The notes below the pieces were generated by a model. The model was not told the origin of the DNA, ran no database searches, and was given only the letters and a program-made list of their open reading frames with translations. Below, piece by piece: positions 19,237 through 28,270 of a DNA stretch of 34,048 nucleotides; the first letter of the stretch is position 1, and each line of letters opens with the position of its first letter. Both the position numbers and the translations under genes were made by a program. The DNA lies in NCBI GenBank assembly GCA_040880505.1, contig JBBDIH010000132.1:1-34048 (forward strand). The letters run 5' to 3'. The stretch is from Minisyncoccota bacterium (GTDB lineage: Bacteria; Patescibacteriota; Minisyncoccia; UBA6257; GWB1-50-10).

Positions 19237-20423
19237 TACATCTTGGAGTCTAGGTACTTTCCTTTTTCATCATGAATAAAGTTGGGCAGCACATCCTGGA
19301 AAAGTTGCACAATCTCTGGTTTATCCCAAGTACCTGTCACTTTCATCATGTGAATTCGTTCCAGAAACTGATCGAGCAGTTCATCCTGGTAATTCAACTC
19401 ACTCTTCACAACACCCAGATTTTGAAAACGATCCATGTCCAAAGTTTCACCTTCCATATAAAACTCTTCGATTTCTTTCTCACCCGTTGTGTCACTTTTT
19501 GTAAACAGACAAGGCCATTTTCCTTCATCTGGCAGGGTCTTTACTAACTCTCTTGCCTCCTCTTCATCTTTGCACTCATGCACTTGATAACCATTCCCAT
19601 GCAGATACTCTTCAGCTATAGATGCAAATGAAATCAAGTGCTCATTGGGATTTAATTTTGGGAAAAAGATGTCGCGGTTTTCACCCAACAGAGCCGATAA
19701 TAAACAGATTTGTCCGGATTCTTCTTTAGATACAAAATATCGCCTCACGTCGCTAGGAGCCACAATCGGCTGACACTTCTCGACCCGCTTCTTAAAACTG
19801 TCTAACAGGGAACCGTCGGAGAATGCTACATTCGCAAACCGTGCTGTGGAAATGTTGATCTCCTGACTCTCTCTCATTAGAAAAAGCTCCATAATCCGTT
19901 TGGAAGCACCCATCATATTCACCGGATTTGCTGCTTTATCTGTGGATACACAGAAGTACTTCGTTGTGCCATTCTCTTTCGCCTGCTGTATTGTCTTTAG
20001 TGTATTCAAAATGTTGACTTCAATCATGCGCATCAACGTGAATGGGTCTTTTTCACTACGCACATGCTTGAGAGCAGAAAGATTCAAGACATAGTCATAT
20101 TTACCATCTGATTGGATAATTGCATCGTAGACATCTGAACCCACATCCAATGCGAAGGTTTTAAATTCGCCTTGGATGTAACCCAAAGAGCTGCGAATAT
20201 CTCTTACCAGCTCAACCAAATTGTTTTCACTAATATCTACTACATGAAGTTTTTGTGGATTTTTTTTAAATATCTCTTTCGTTATTGCCTGGCCTATAGA
20301 ACCAGCACCGCCAATAACCAAAAATGTAGAGCTTGAAACTTTCTCCATTAAATCTGTTTGATTCCTGTTCAGATCTTCGGTAAATAAATAATTTGAACGT
20401 CCTATGAGTTGGAGTATATTCAT
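19236..20423 (-). CDS. legB: NDP-GlcNAc 4,6-dehydratase (LegB-type)
   Basis: GGAGSIG, NLSALKHVRSE, STDKAANPVNMMGASK and RFANVAFSDGSL motifs; first gene of the leg block. Confidence 0.85.
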   Translation of the reverse strand: MNILQLIGRSNYLFTEDLNRNQTDLMEKVSSSTFLVIGGAGSIGQAITKEIFKKNPQKLHVVDISENNLVELVRDIRSSLGYIQGEFKTFALDVGSDVYDAIIQSDGKYDYVLNLSALKHVRSEKDPFTLMRMIEVNILNTLKTIQQAKENGTTKYFCVSTDKAANPVNMMGASKRIMELFLMRESQEINISTARFANVAFSDGSLLDSFKKRVEKCQPIVAPSDVRRYFVSKEESGQICLLSALLGENRDIFFPKLNPNEHLISFASIAEEYLHGNGYQVHECKDEEEARELVKTLPDEGKWPCLFTKSDTTGEKEIEEFYMEGETLDMDRFQNLGVVKSELNYQDELLDQFLERIHMMKVTGTWDKPEIVQLFQDVLPNFIHDEKGKYLDSKM

Positions 20424-20487
20424 TGAATTTTAACTACTATAAATAATTCTATTTACTTTTTTAATTTATTATTTATTAGATGAAGTT

Positions 20488-20514
20488 AAAAATAACTGAG
20501 GTGGAGTCTCAGTT
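20488..20514 (-). terminator. Possible weak intrinsic terminator between the GT29-like gene and legB
   Basis: Minus strand AACTGAG-7nt-CTCAGTT hairpin followed by ATTTTT. Confidence 0.3.
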
Positions 20515-20563
20515 TAGGAAGGAGTATAATATTTGGTGAAAGTATAAACTATTCTTCTATTAT

Positions 20564-21916
20564 TTAATTCAGATTTACTTGGCCTACTGTAAACCTGCCA
20601 GCTTCTCCATATAATTCCTGAAGCTTCACCATGTATTTTTTTTCGCCAAATGACATAACCTCATTAAATCGATCATCACCATCTATTAAACCACATATCC
20701 ATAGTCTATTTAATATACTATATTGTGTAACAGGGTCATGAGAGTCAGAACTTGAAATTAGAAATCTTTGCTTCATCGGGACATTATCATCCCACTCTAC
20801 TGATTTATATCCTTTATTTTTTTCTATTGTAACCATTAGATCTGCATGATATATTTTTACACTTCTTGGATTATTTTTTAATACATCTAAAACAATCATT
20901 GGAATTAAGTTTAAATGTCCATGAAATAGAACAGAATCATACTTATCCATATACCTATTTTTGATATTACTAGTCAAATATTTTATATCTTTTAAATGTT
21001 TTTTATTCTTGCATACAACCCACTGTAGTTCATTAGGCCAATTTAAAAAGTTATCTTTTATCAAGTAATTAGATATCGCACCATTCAAATAAGCAACATC
21101 AGTTTTGATTCCTTTTGACCGTTTTTCTGACTCTTCAACTTTATTATAATGGTTACACCTAACTACAATATCATAACTATCAATTTCTTCTGCATCTTTA
21201 CTATTGTTCTTTGCTGGACCAACAATAGCTACGTCTTTTCCTTCCATAAAATTTTTATACTGTAAATCATATCTATTTAAATCTTCATTTTTTAAACTTC
21301 CATATGAACCCTCATTAATCATCTTCAAATCATTCAATGAATTTTTATATACAAAGTTATTCTTACAAATAATTTTTTTGAATTCATTAATACGGCTAAA
21401 ACCTTCTTTTTCTATAAGTGCTCCAATACCATATTCTATTTCGGAAGTATATTTAGTTTGATTATTAATAAGTTTATAAAAAGCAGCTTCCCTTGCCTTA
21501 TTTCGAAGTGCATAACCTACATTAAATAATCCAACTCTAAGGGCTAAGGAATAAAAATGAATAAAGTCTCTGACAACAATATTTGCCAATTCTAAGTCAT
21601 CGATTCTATTAATCAATGATTCTTGTAACTTTTTTCCGTTTTTATCATCAATGGAAGAAACTTTTAATAAAGATAACCACCAGTTTTGTTCAAAAATATT
21701 TGGATTAACTAGTTCATCTTTAAATGATCCTAAAATTGGAGTTATCTTATTTTGATTGTCACAAATAATTTTTACAGATGTTTTTAGTGCTGTGTAATAT
21801 TTTCTTGACTCTTCATGTAGAGAAGTTGATCTCTTATGTTTTCTTCTATAGGTCTTTAAGAAATAATTAGGAATAATGCATTTTAATATTCTTTTTAAAT
21901 ACTTTTTTACAGCCAT
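20564..21916 (-). CDS. GT29-like sialyl/Kdn-transferase with an N-terminal helical extension
   Basis: GKDVAIVGPA...AEEIDSYDIVVRCN...KGIKTDVAYLN follows the sialylmotif-L pattern (AVVG...G.EIDS.D.V.R.N...G.KT); adjacent to a CMP-nonulosonate synthetase. Confidence 0.62.
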   Translation of the reverse strand: MAVKKYLKRILKCIIPNYFLKTYRRKHKRSTSLHEESRKYYTALKTSVKIICDNQNKITPILGSFKDELVNPNIFEQNWWLSLLKVSSIDDKNGKKLQESLINRIDDLELANIVVRDFIHFYSLALRVGLFNVGYALRNKAREAAFYKLINNQTKYTSEIEYGIGALIEKEGFSRINEFKKIICKNNFVYKNSLNDLKMINEGSYGSLKNEDLNRYDLQYKNFMEGKDVAIVGPAKNNSKDAEEIDSYDIVVRCNHYNKVEESEKRSKGIKTDVAYLNGAISNYLIKDNFLNWPNELQWVVCKNKKHLKDIKYLTSNIKNRYMDKYDSVLFHGHLNLIPMIVLDVLKNNPRSVKIYHADLMVTIEKNKGYKSVEWDDNVPMKQRFLISSSDSHDPVTQYSILNRLWICGLIDGDDRFNEVMSFGEKKYMVKLQELYGEAGRFTVGQVNLN

Positions 21917-21926
21917 TATCTGAACC

Positions 21927-23096
21927 CTAATATTTTTCCAATATTAATTCAGCTATCTCCCTGATAGCACCATCTCCACCGAAATTTGATAAAATTATAT
22001 CTACAATTGATTTTATTTTTGGGTGTGCATCTGAAGGTGCTATCCCACAACCAACATTCATCAGGCATTCAATATCATTTACATCATTACCAACATAAAT
22101 AACATTTAATGGATCAATTTCCTTCTTTTTTAGCTGAGATTGTAACAGAGGCCATTTATTATCGACACCATGAATACAGGGAATTTTTAATTTATTACAT
22201 CTGGCTTTTAGAACCGGGTTCTTCTCTTTAGACAATACCCAAACAGGTATGCCGGCTTTTTTTAACAGTTCAATTCCCATTCCGTCTCCGCGATCACAGA
22301 TAATAGCTTCTTCTCCGTTTTGGAATACAATCACCTTGTTATCAGTAAACACACCATCAAAATCAAATACAACCGCACGTAAAGGTTTTGGTATTTTGTT
22401 AAGTTTATGCTGTAATTGACTTCTTTTAACCAGAGATTCTACAACATCCCAATCTTCAGGCTCATCAATTTCGTAATAGCTTTCCTCTGGCATCACGTAT
22501 ATACCATAAGGCTCAGAAACTCTACAGCCTGTTTCTAATAAGCGAGATTTACTGGTAATATAAAATGCTCCATTTTCAACAAAAAAACCTTGAAAGTCCT
22601 GTCTACGTGGTCGATCTTGTGGTTTATAGTTAAGTGGATTCTTTTCATCCCACATAAAACGTTTTTGACTTACAACCGATACTAAGCCTCCAAGTTTATT
22701 CTCGAAGTATTTTATTAGACCTTCTTCTAATTGATACGATTCCAACAATGGTGAAGTAGCTTGAATGAGAACGATGTGGTCGAATTCCTCCTGATATCGC
22801 TTTGCAAAGTCCAGCATAGCGGACTCTGAAGTTGCTGTATCTGTAGTTGTTTCAATACTCCTATCAAACAAAAGTAGTTTATTGTCATCACCATAATATC
22901 GACGTACTACCTTTCTTATCTCTTCACTTTCTGTTGATACTACTACTTTATTGATACTAGAAGCAGAAAGGGCAGCATCCACTGTATGACATAGCAACGG
23001 TTTACCGGCTAGCATTTTAATATTTTTCCCAGGAATACTCTTGGAACCACCGCGAACTGGAATAAATGCAACGTTTGTATATTTCTCTACCAACAT
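21927..23096 (-). CDS. Bifunctional CMP-nonulosonate synthetase plus KdsC-like HAD phosphatase
   Basis: N-terminal IPVRGGSKSIPGKNIK, QATSPL, RPRRQD, ENGAFY and EIDEPEDW; C-terminal HAD motifs DFDGVFTDN and YVGNDVND. Confidence 0.9.
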   Translation of the reverse strand: MLVEKYTNVAFIPVRGGSKSIPGKNIKMLAGKPLLCHTVDAALSASSINKVVVSTESEEIRKVVRRYYGDDNKLLLFDRSIETTTDTATSESAMLDFAKRYQEEFDHIVLIQATSPLLESYQLEEGLIKYFENKLGGLVSVVSQKRFMWDEKNPLNYKPQDRPRRQDFQGFFVENGAFYITSKSRLLETGCRVSEPYGIYVMPEESYYEIDEPEDWDVVESLVKRSQLQHKLNKIPKPLRAVVFDFDGVFTDNKVIVFQNGEEAIICDRGDGMGIELLKKAGIPVWVLSKEKNPVLKARCNKLKIPCIHGVDNKWPLLQSQLKKKEIDPLNVIYVGNDVNDIECLMNVGCGIAPSDAHPKIKSIVDIILSNFGGDGAIREIAELILEKY

Positions 23097-23156
23097 ATTC
23101 CTAATAAAAACAAATTAATATATATTTCAATCTTTTGAAGAAAATAACTCAATAAA

Positions 23157-24464
23157 TTACTTAAAAATTGTATTGTTAATACCATTAGATGCTAAAATAG
23201 CATTGCTTTTTACCGTATTAATTATTCGATTTCTAATTTTTTTTTCATTTGCAATATAGTTTTCAATTTTAGCAATAATATTGTTTAAGTTTTCTTTTGA
23301 ATTTTCAAAACTGAATACCTCAATCTGTTCATATTCTAATACATGCTGAAGGCTGTAAGTTTTGTGAGAATTAGCGCCAAGAAACACACAAGGTGTTCCA
23401 CTAAGAGAAGCAAGAATACTTGGATGAAACCTGCCACTTAAAAAAACTTTAGCCTTTCCGAGTACATATGACCCTATTAAAAGATTTAGAGTTGGCTTTA
23501 AAAAAAAACTATTTGTAATAACAGCAACTTCATATAAAAAACTATCCCCACTCGGGTCAATGAAAACAACCTCTATTCCAAGTTCTTTTTTTATTTTTAA
23601 CGTGATATCAACATAAAAATCTGCCCAGTTTTCAGGATAAATACCTGGAGGTCGAGACGCTCCGCTTATACAAATATAATTTTCAGGCCATCTTTCCCAA
23701 TTCTTAAACATATTGTCTGACTCGGGCCATACATCATAAATTTGCGGAATTTGATTTAATTCAATGCGATTATTATATAGGAAATCTTGATATCTAATTG
23801 CCCATGTGAACAGAGCATCTGGATACCATTTAACATCTTTCAATCCTAAATCTTGAAGAAGTTTAGTTGACATTGAATCCCTATTTGCTACGGCTGTACA
23901 TCTCTCTAAAGTCTTAATAACATTTTCTTGGACTTCATTGTCAACAAGCGTTTTAGGGCAGTTACTAGCCATCGCATTGATATAATAAACTTCTTTACCC
24001 ATTTGGAATGCTAATTCTACAGCAAACATTTGGAAATTCAAATCTCTTCTTGGTGGTGTTCTGAAAATTAAAGACCCTTCACCGTTAATTACAATTTTAT
24101 CGCTAGACTCAAATTTCTCCTTTAAATTTTGCAATGATGAATCCTTTCGTGATGCTTTTAAAAAGTTTTCAACAGATTTGATAGGATCTATTTGTATATA
24201 ATCTTCTTGTCCTAAAAACAGTTTATTTATAGTTGTAAAGTGTTTAAAATTTTTAGTTTTATTGTAAATTTTATTTGTGAACTTGTTTCTCTTTAGTAAG
24301 TAAGGGAGAAATCCTACTGGATGTTTACATCCAGCCATTTCCCCTGTGATTGTGTTAACATTCCCTTGATCATTTAAAATTTGACCAAGTGCAATACTCG
24401 TAGCTCTGCAACCCCAATTTTGTGAATATCTGTTGTCACATACTAGTAAAATATTTTGTTTCAT
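23157..24464 (-). CDS. Polysaccharide pyruvyltransferase family protein
   Basis: NWGC, INGEGS, NRDSMS, PDALF and SGRFH motifs fit the WcaK/PS_pyruv_trans pattern. Confidence 0.75.
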   Translation of the reverse strand: MKQNILLVCDNRYSQNWGCRATSIALGQILNDQGNVNTITGEMAGCKHPVGFLPYLLKRNKFTNKIYNKTKNFKHFTTINKLFLGQEDYIQIDPIKSVENFLKASRKDSSLQNLKEKFESSDKIVINGEGSLIFRTPPRRDLNFQMFAVELAFQMGKEVYYINAMASNCPKTLVDNEVQENVIKTLERCTAVANRDSMSTKLLQDLGLKDVKWYPDALFTWAIRYQDFLYNNRIELNQIPQIYDVWPESDNMFKNWERWPENYICISGASRPPGIYPENWADFYVDITLKIKKELGIEVVFIDPSGDSFLYEVAVITNSFFLKPTLNLLIGSYVLGKAKVFLSGRFHPSILASLSGTPCVFLGANSHKTYSLQHVLEYEQIEVFSFENSKENLNNIIAKIENYIANEKKIRNRIINTVKSNAILASNGINNTIFK

Positions 24465-24475
24465 TACGTTATGAT

Positions 24476-25369
24476 CTATTTCAAGAATTTATGGGCAACT
24501 AAATATCTGATTTTAACTTTTAACAAATTATCTTTATAAAAATCACTTTTAAGATAAATCCTACCGAAGATGGAGTTCATACATAAACGATGCATGGTTC
24601 TTTGACATCGATCTAAAAGGAATATTGATTTAAGCCATTGCTGTGGAACATTAAATGCTAAGGAGATACTTTCAATTTCGCAATGATTAAATTTGACCCA
24701 TTCTGTTAAACTTTCTTCAGTAATAAATCTTTCATCATATGATTTTCTGAATATACTGTCAACGTAATCAAGAAGAAAAGACCCATTTTTTCTATATAAT
24801 TCCCAATCAATAAATCCAATAGTTTTTTTGTTTGTATCATAAACTGCATTTCCAGGTTTTAAGTCTCCATGTTGTGGGGATTTTGGGAGCTTATATTTGC
24901 AAAACTGTTCCATAGTGTTCTTTAGCGGCAAATCATTTCCTTTTGGTATCCACTTAATCCACTCTAATGAAATTATTTCACTTGGCCTTATATATTCACT
25001 AGAATCTTTCATTGACATGGATTTAAAAACAACAACATTCCAAAAATCGTTGATTTCGGCATCACTGCAAAGAAGTTGCTTGCGCATACTCTTTCCCACA
25101 AATCCAAAACACATGTTGGTATTAACAGCAATATCCTTAAAAAAGCTATTTTTAATTGCATCACTAGAGCCTTGAACTTCGCGGTAAATACGTATTACTC
25201 CAATAGGTGCAACAGGAAGCTTATACACATTTGATTTCCCCATAATTATTATTACCCCTTTTATGTAGGTTGTTTTATTTAATAATTTAGAAATAACTCT
25301 AAGTGCTGCTTTGGAGTAATTCACAATGGAATTCCCACGAATAAATGAACAACTAGTTAAGTTACTCAT
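24476..25369 (-). CDS. Kinase-like (APH/choline-kinase superfamily) phosphotransferase
   Basis: Brenner motif HGDLKPGN followed by GFIDWE. Confidence 0.6.
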   Translation of the reverse strand: MSNLTSCSFIRGNSIVNYSKAALRVISKLLNKTTYIKGVIIIMGKSNVYKLPVAPIGVIRIYREVQGSSDAIKNSFFKDIAVNTNMCFGFVGKSMRKQLLCSDAEINDFWNVVVFKSMSMKDSSEYIRPSEIISLEWIKWIPKGNDLPLKNTMEQFCKYKLPKSPQHGDLKPGNAVYDTNKKTIGFIDWELYRKNGSFLLDYVDSIFRKSYDERFITEESLTEWVKFNHCEIESISLAFNVPQQWLKSIFLLDRCQRTMHRLCMNSIFGRIYLKSDFYKDNLLKVKIRYLVAHKFLK

Positions 25370-25419
25370 ACAACTTGTATCTTAGTTAGGATGTTTTCTA
25401 CCACAGTCGGGGATAGGTA

Positions 25420-26202
25420 TGACCTACTCCCCATTTATGTACCGGTCAAAAGTAAAGAATCGGACTTATTTTGAAGATATTGTTCAATGTACTGCTCCGG
25501 GGTTAAATCATTAAGAGAAATGTGAGGACGGAAGCTGTTATATTTTTCCATCCAGGCTCTAATCTTCTTCCTAACATGTTCAAGTGACAGGAACCAATGA
25601 AGTTTAAACACTCATTACGAAAGCTTCAATTGAAGGATTCAATATAGGGATTATCGGTTGGTTTGCTAGGTATTGAAAAGTCTAATGTCACTTGATTATC
25701 ATAAGCCCACTGGTCCAAAGCCTTTGAGATAAATTCACTTCCGTTGTCTACTTGAAATCGTGCAGGTACCTGATCACATCGACCGCACAGTCGCTACATA
25801 ACATCGGTAACATCGATGAGCCAAAGTGGGTCTGCTTCTTTCGTTTTACCGGTCTTAAAGCTTTTTATGAGAACCTCCAGAAGCATATGTCTGTCCAAGG
25901 AAAGATCTGCGACTAAATTCTTGAGCTGGCTGTTTACCCCCTCCAACTGGCGAAGCCGTCGAAGTTCGGTGGTTCCCAGTCCGCCAAATTTTTCCTCTAG
26001 TTATATAAGGTTGCCTCTCTGATACCCATCTTCCGGCAAATTTCCGCGACCGGAGTACCGATCTGGGCCTGATGCAGGGCAAAGACAATTTGTGATTCGA
26101 TATATTTTGATTTTTTCATAGCCATATTGATATCGTTTAATGTATCAAAATTGTCCTAAAACTCTAATTAAGATTGGAACAGTTTTTTTTTGGGGGAGGT
26201 CA
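25420..26202 (-). mobile_element. Degenerate, internally deleted IS3-family (IS407-group) element
   Basis: Imperfect terminal IRs tgacctactcccc (25420) and gggggaggtca (26202). Broken OrfA: MKKSKY/ESQIVFALHQAQIGTPVAEICRKMGIREATLYN*../GGLGTTELRRLRQLE...LVADLSLD. OrfB 3' half: VDNGSEFISKALDQWAY...KPTDNPYIESFN*SFRNECLN. Only 783 bp long. Confidence 0.9.
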
Positions 26203-26206
26203 ATTA

Positions 26207-27058
26207 CTAATCTTCATCGTTTTGAAAAAGATATATACTATGCTTTTTAAAACGTGGAGTATACTCAATTGGTGAAAAATATTTTCCCCACATATCAACT
26301 ATCACGTCACGATCTATAAATGTATCAGTGGCATCATAATTTAAGTTTTTATTACCTCTCCTTTCAAAGTATCCTGGTTTTACAAGTTTTTCATCTACCA
26401 ATCTAGGTTCCCAATTAATTAAGTTAATGCTAGGTTCATAATAGGTTACAGCCACATATCCACCTGGTTTTGAAATTCTTTTTAGTTCTTTTATCCATTC
26501 CTCTTGTTTAGCATATGGGATGTGAATGAATACTGCAATCGCATATATGACATCAAAATAATTATTATCATAGGGTAAAGGTGGTTTAGGGTTTGTAAAT
26601 GATATTTTTGCCCTATTACCATGTTTCTTTTGAGACCATTGAATACCTTCTGGAGTAATATCACAACCGTAAAGCGATGCGTTAAAAGGAAACCAATTAA
26701 TTAATAGGCGACTAAATGCAACTCCGAAATCCAAAACTGTACTCACCTTGTCTAGTTGTATGCTATTTTTTTCAAGTGTCTTGAATAATTCGTACGCATC
26801 TCTATAACCTTGTCCGAAAAAGAAGTCTGGGATAGCATGTTTTGAATATTGGTGTTTTTTGACTAAATCTATTGGTGGAACATTCTTTTCGTCCGTTTGT
26901 ATTGGATCCATTTGAAGATTATACTTACTATAAATACTTTGTAATTGTTTTACCCAATATTCTTTTTCCTCTTTAATCTCATTGTAATCGATATTATTAA
27001 TTTTATTTAATTTATAGCCAAATATTTTACCGATTATTTTATTAAATATTTTTTTCAC
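26207..27058 (-). CDS. Class I SAM-dependent methyltransferase
   Basis: VLDFGVAFSR, YGCDIT, PPLPY...FDVIYAIAVFIH and ELKRISKPGG motifs. Confidence 0.85.
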   Translation of the reverse strand: MKKIFNKIIGKIFGYKLNKINNIDYNEIKEEKEYWVKQLQSIYSKYNLQMDPIQTDEKNVPPIDLVKKHQYSKHAIPDFFFGQGYRDAYELFKTLEKNSIQLDKVSTVLDFGVAFSRLLINWFPFNASLYGCDITPEGIQWSQKKHGNRAKISFTNPKPPLPYDNNYFDVIYAIAVFIHIPYAKQEEWIKELKRISKPGGYVAVTYYEPSINLINWEPRLVDEKLVKPGYFERRGNKNLNYDATDTFIDRDVIVDMWGKYFSPIEYTPRFKKHSIYLFQNDED

Positions 27059-27217
27059 TTTTTTTTCACCATTTTTTATTTATAGTTTTTATTTTCAAAT
27101 AATTTAATTTCAATAATTTTACTTAATCTTTTTTTGTTTGATTTTAGTATTGCCTGAAATGCGGTAGTACCGGTTTTGTTAATGCCGATATGAATGAATT
27201 AGTATACTCCCAGAACA

Positions 27218-28084
27218 TTATAAATTCTGGTTTTTTAATTTCTTCCTTTGCACTTGCTCAACACCCAATATCTCCTTTTTTTTAAATGTCAATGCAAGAG
27301 ATACATTTCTTAAGTCACGAACCAACCTTCTCATTCCATCAGGTTCAAGTGAAGCGGAGTGGTCAGTGCCCTTCCAAGTGCGATCTAGCGTAAAGTGCCG
27401 TTCAATTACCTCTGCTCCCAACGTCAGAGCTGCTATGTCAGCTGCTATTCCAAGATGATGTCCTGAAAACCCAACTTTTTTAACGACTTTACCATATGTA
27501 TTTTTTAATCTAGCAATTTCATATAAGCAGATATCTTCAAATGCTACTGGATAACCTGATGTACAACTATATATGACAACTTGATCATTTCGATGTTGTT
27601 TTTCAAAAAATGCTATAATTTCCTCTTCCTCTTTGCGTGTCGTCATTCCAAAAGATACATGAATTTCACCTGAATATTCTTTACATAATACTTCGAGCAT
27701 AGAAAAATTCGTGTTGCATGCAGATGGCACTTTAATACGAATTGGATGTAAAGAGGCAATTTCTCTTGCAGAAGTCACATCCCATACAGAAGTACCATAT
27801 TCAATATCGTAATCTTCACACCACGCTTTGAGCTGTCTGTGCTGATCTAAATCTAATTCTAAAAATTCCCTGTGCTCACCATAAGTTTTTCCATAGGAAA
27901 ATACGGGATTAGGATGAGGTGTATTATACTGTTCTTCGGTTAGATACTCACGATTATTACGTTTCTGAAATTTAACGGCATCTACTTTGCAAAATTTTGC
28001 AGCCATTTTGATCATCTCATGGGCAATCTCCATGTCACCTTTGTGATTACAACCGATCTCGGCTACTACTTTTGGATTTTTCAT
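27218..28084 (-). CDS. neuB: Short NeuB-family nonulosonate(-9-phosphate) synthase lacking the SAF domain
   Basis: VAEIGCNHKG, KFQKR, CTSGYP, GFSGHHLG and ERHFTLDRTWKGTDH motifs; 288 aa, ends before the SAF domain. Confidence 0.88.
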   Translation of the reverse strand: MKNPKVVAEIGCNHKGDMEIAHEMIKMAAKFCKVDAVKFQKRNNREYLTEEQYNTPHPNPVFSYGKTYGEHREFLELDLDQHRQLKAWCEDYDIEYGTSVWDVTSAREIASLHPIRIKVPSACNTNFSMLEVLCKEYSGEIHVSFGMTTRKEEEEIIAFFEKQHRNDQVVIYSCTSGYPVAFEDICLYEIARLKNTYGKVVKKVGFSGHHLGIAADIAALTLGAEVIERHFTLDRTWKGTDHSASLEPDGMRRLVRDLRNVSLALTFKKKEILGVEQVQRKKLKNQNL

Positions 28085-28270
28085 CTATACTCTAAGTTGG
28101 TTTATTTTTTACTATAAATAGCTTATTGACCTGAAAGTTTTTACAGGCTGTAGTTCTCTATAAGAATCTCAATTCTGAAAGAAAGAAGCAAAATCTTAAA
28201 TTCTCTATTCAAAAAATTATTTCTAAGTATTGCAAAATGGACAAAGAACATCTTTGAAATGCCTTGAACT

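Noticed and set aside
27161-27167. ops/JUMPStart-like gcggtag
   Set aside because: Partial match on the wrong strand for this minus-strand operon, with no JUMPStart context.
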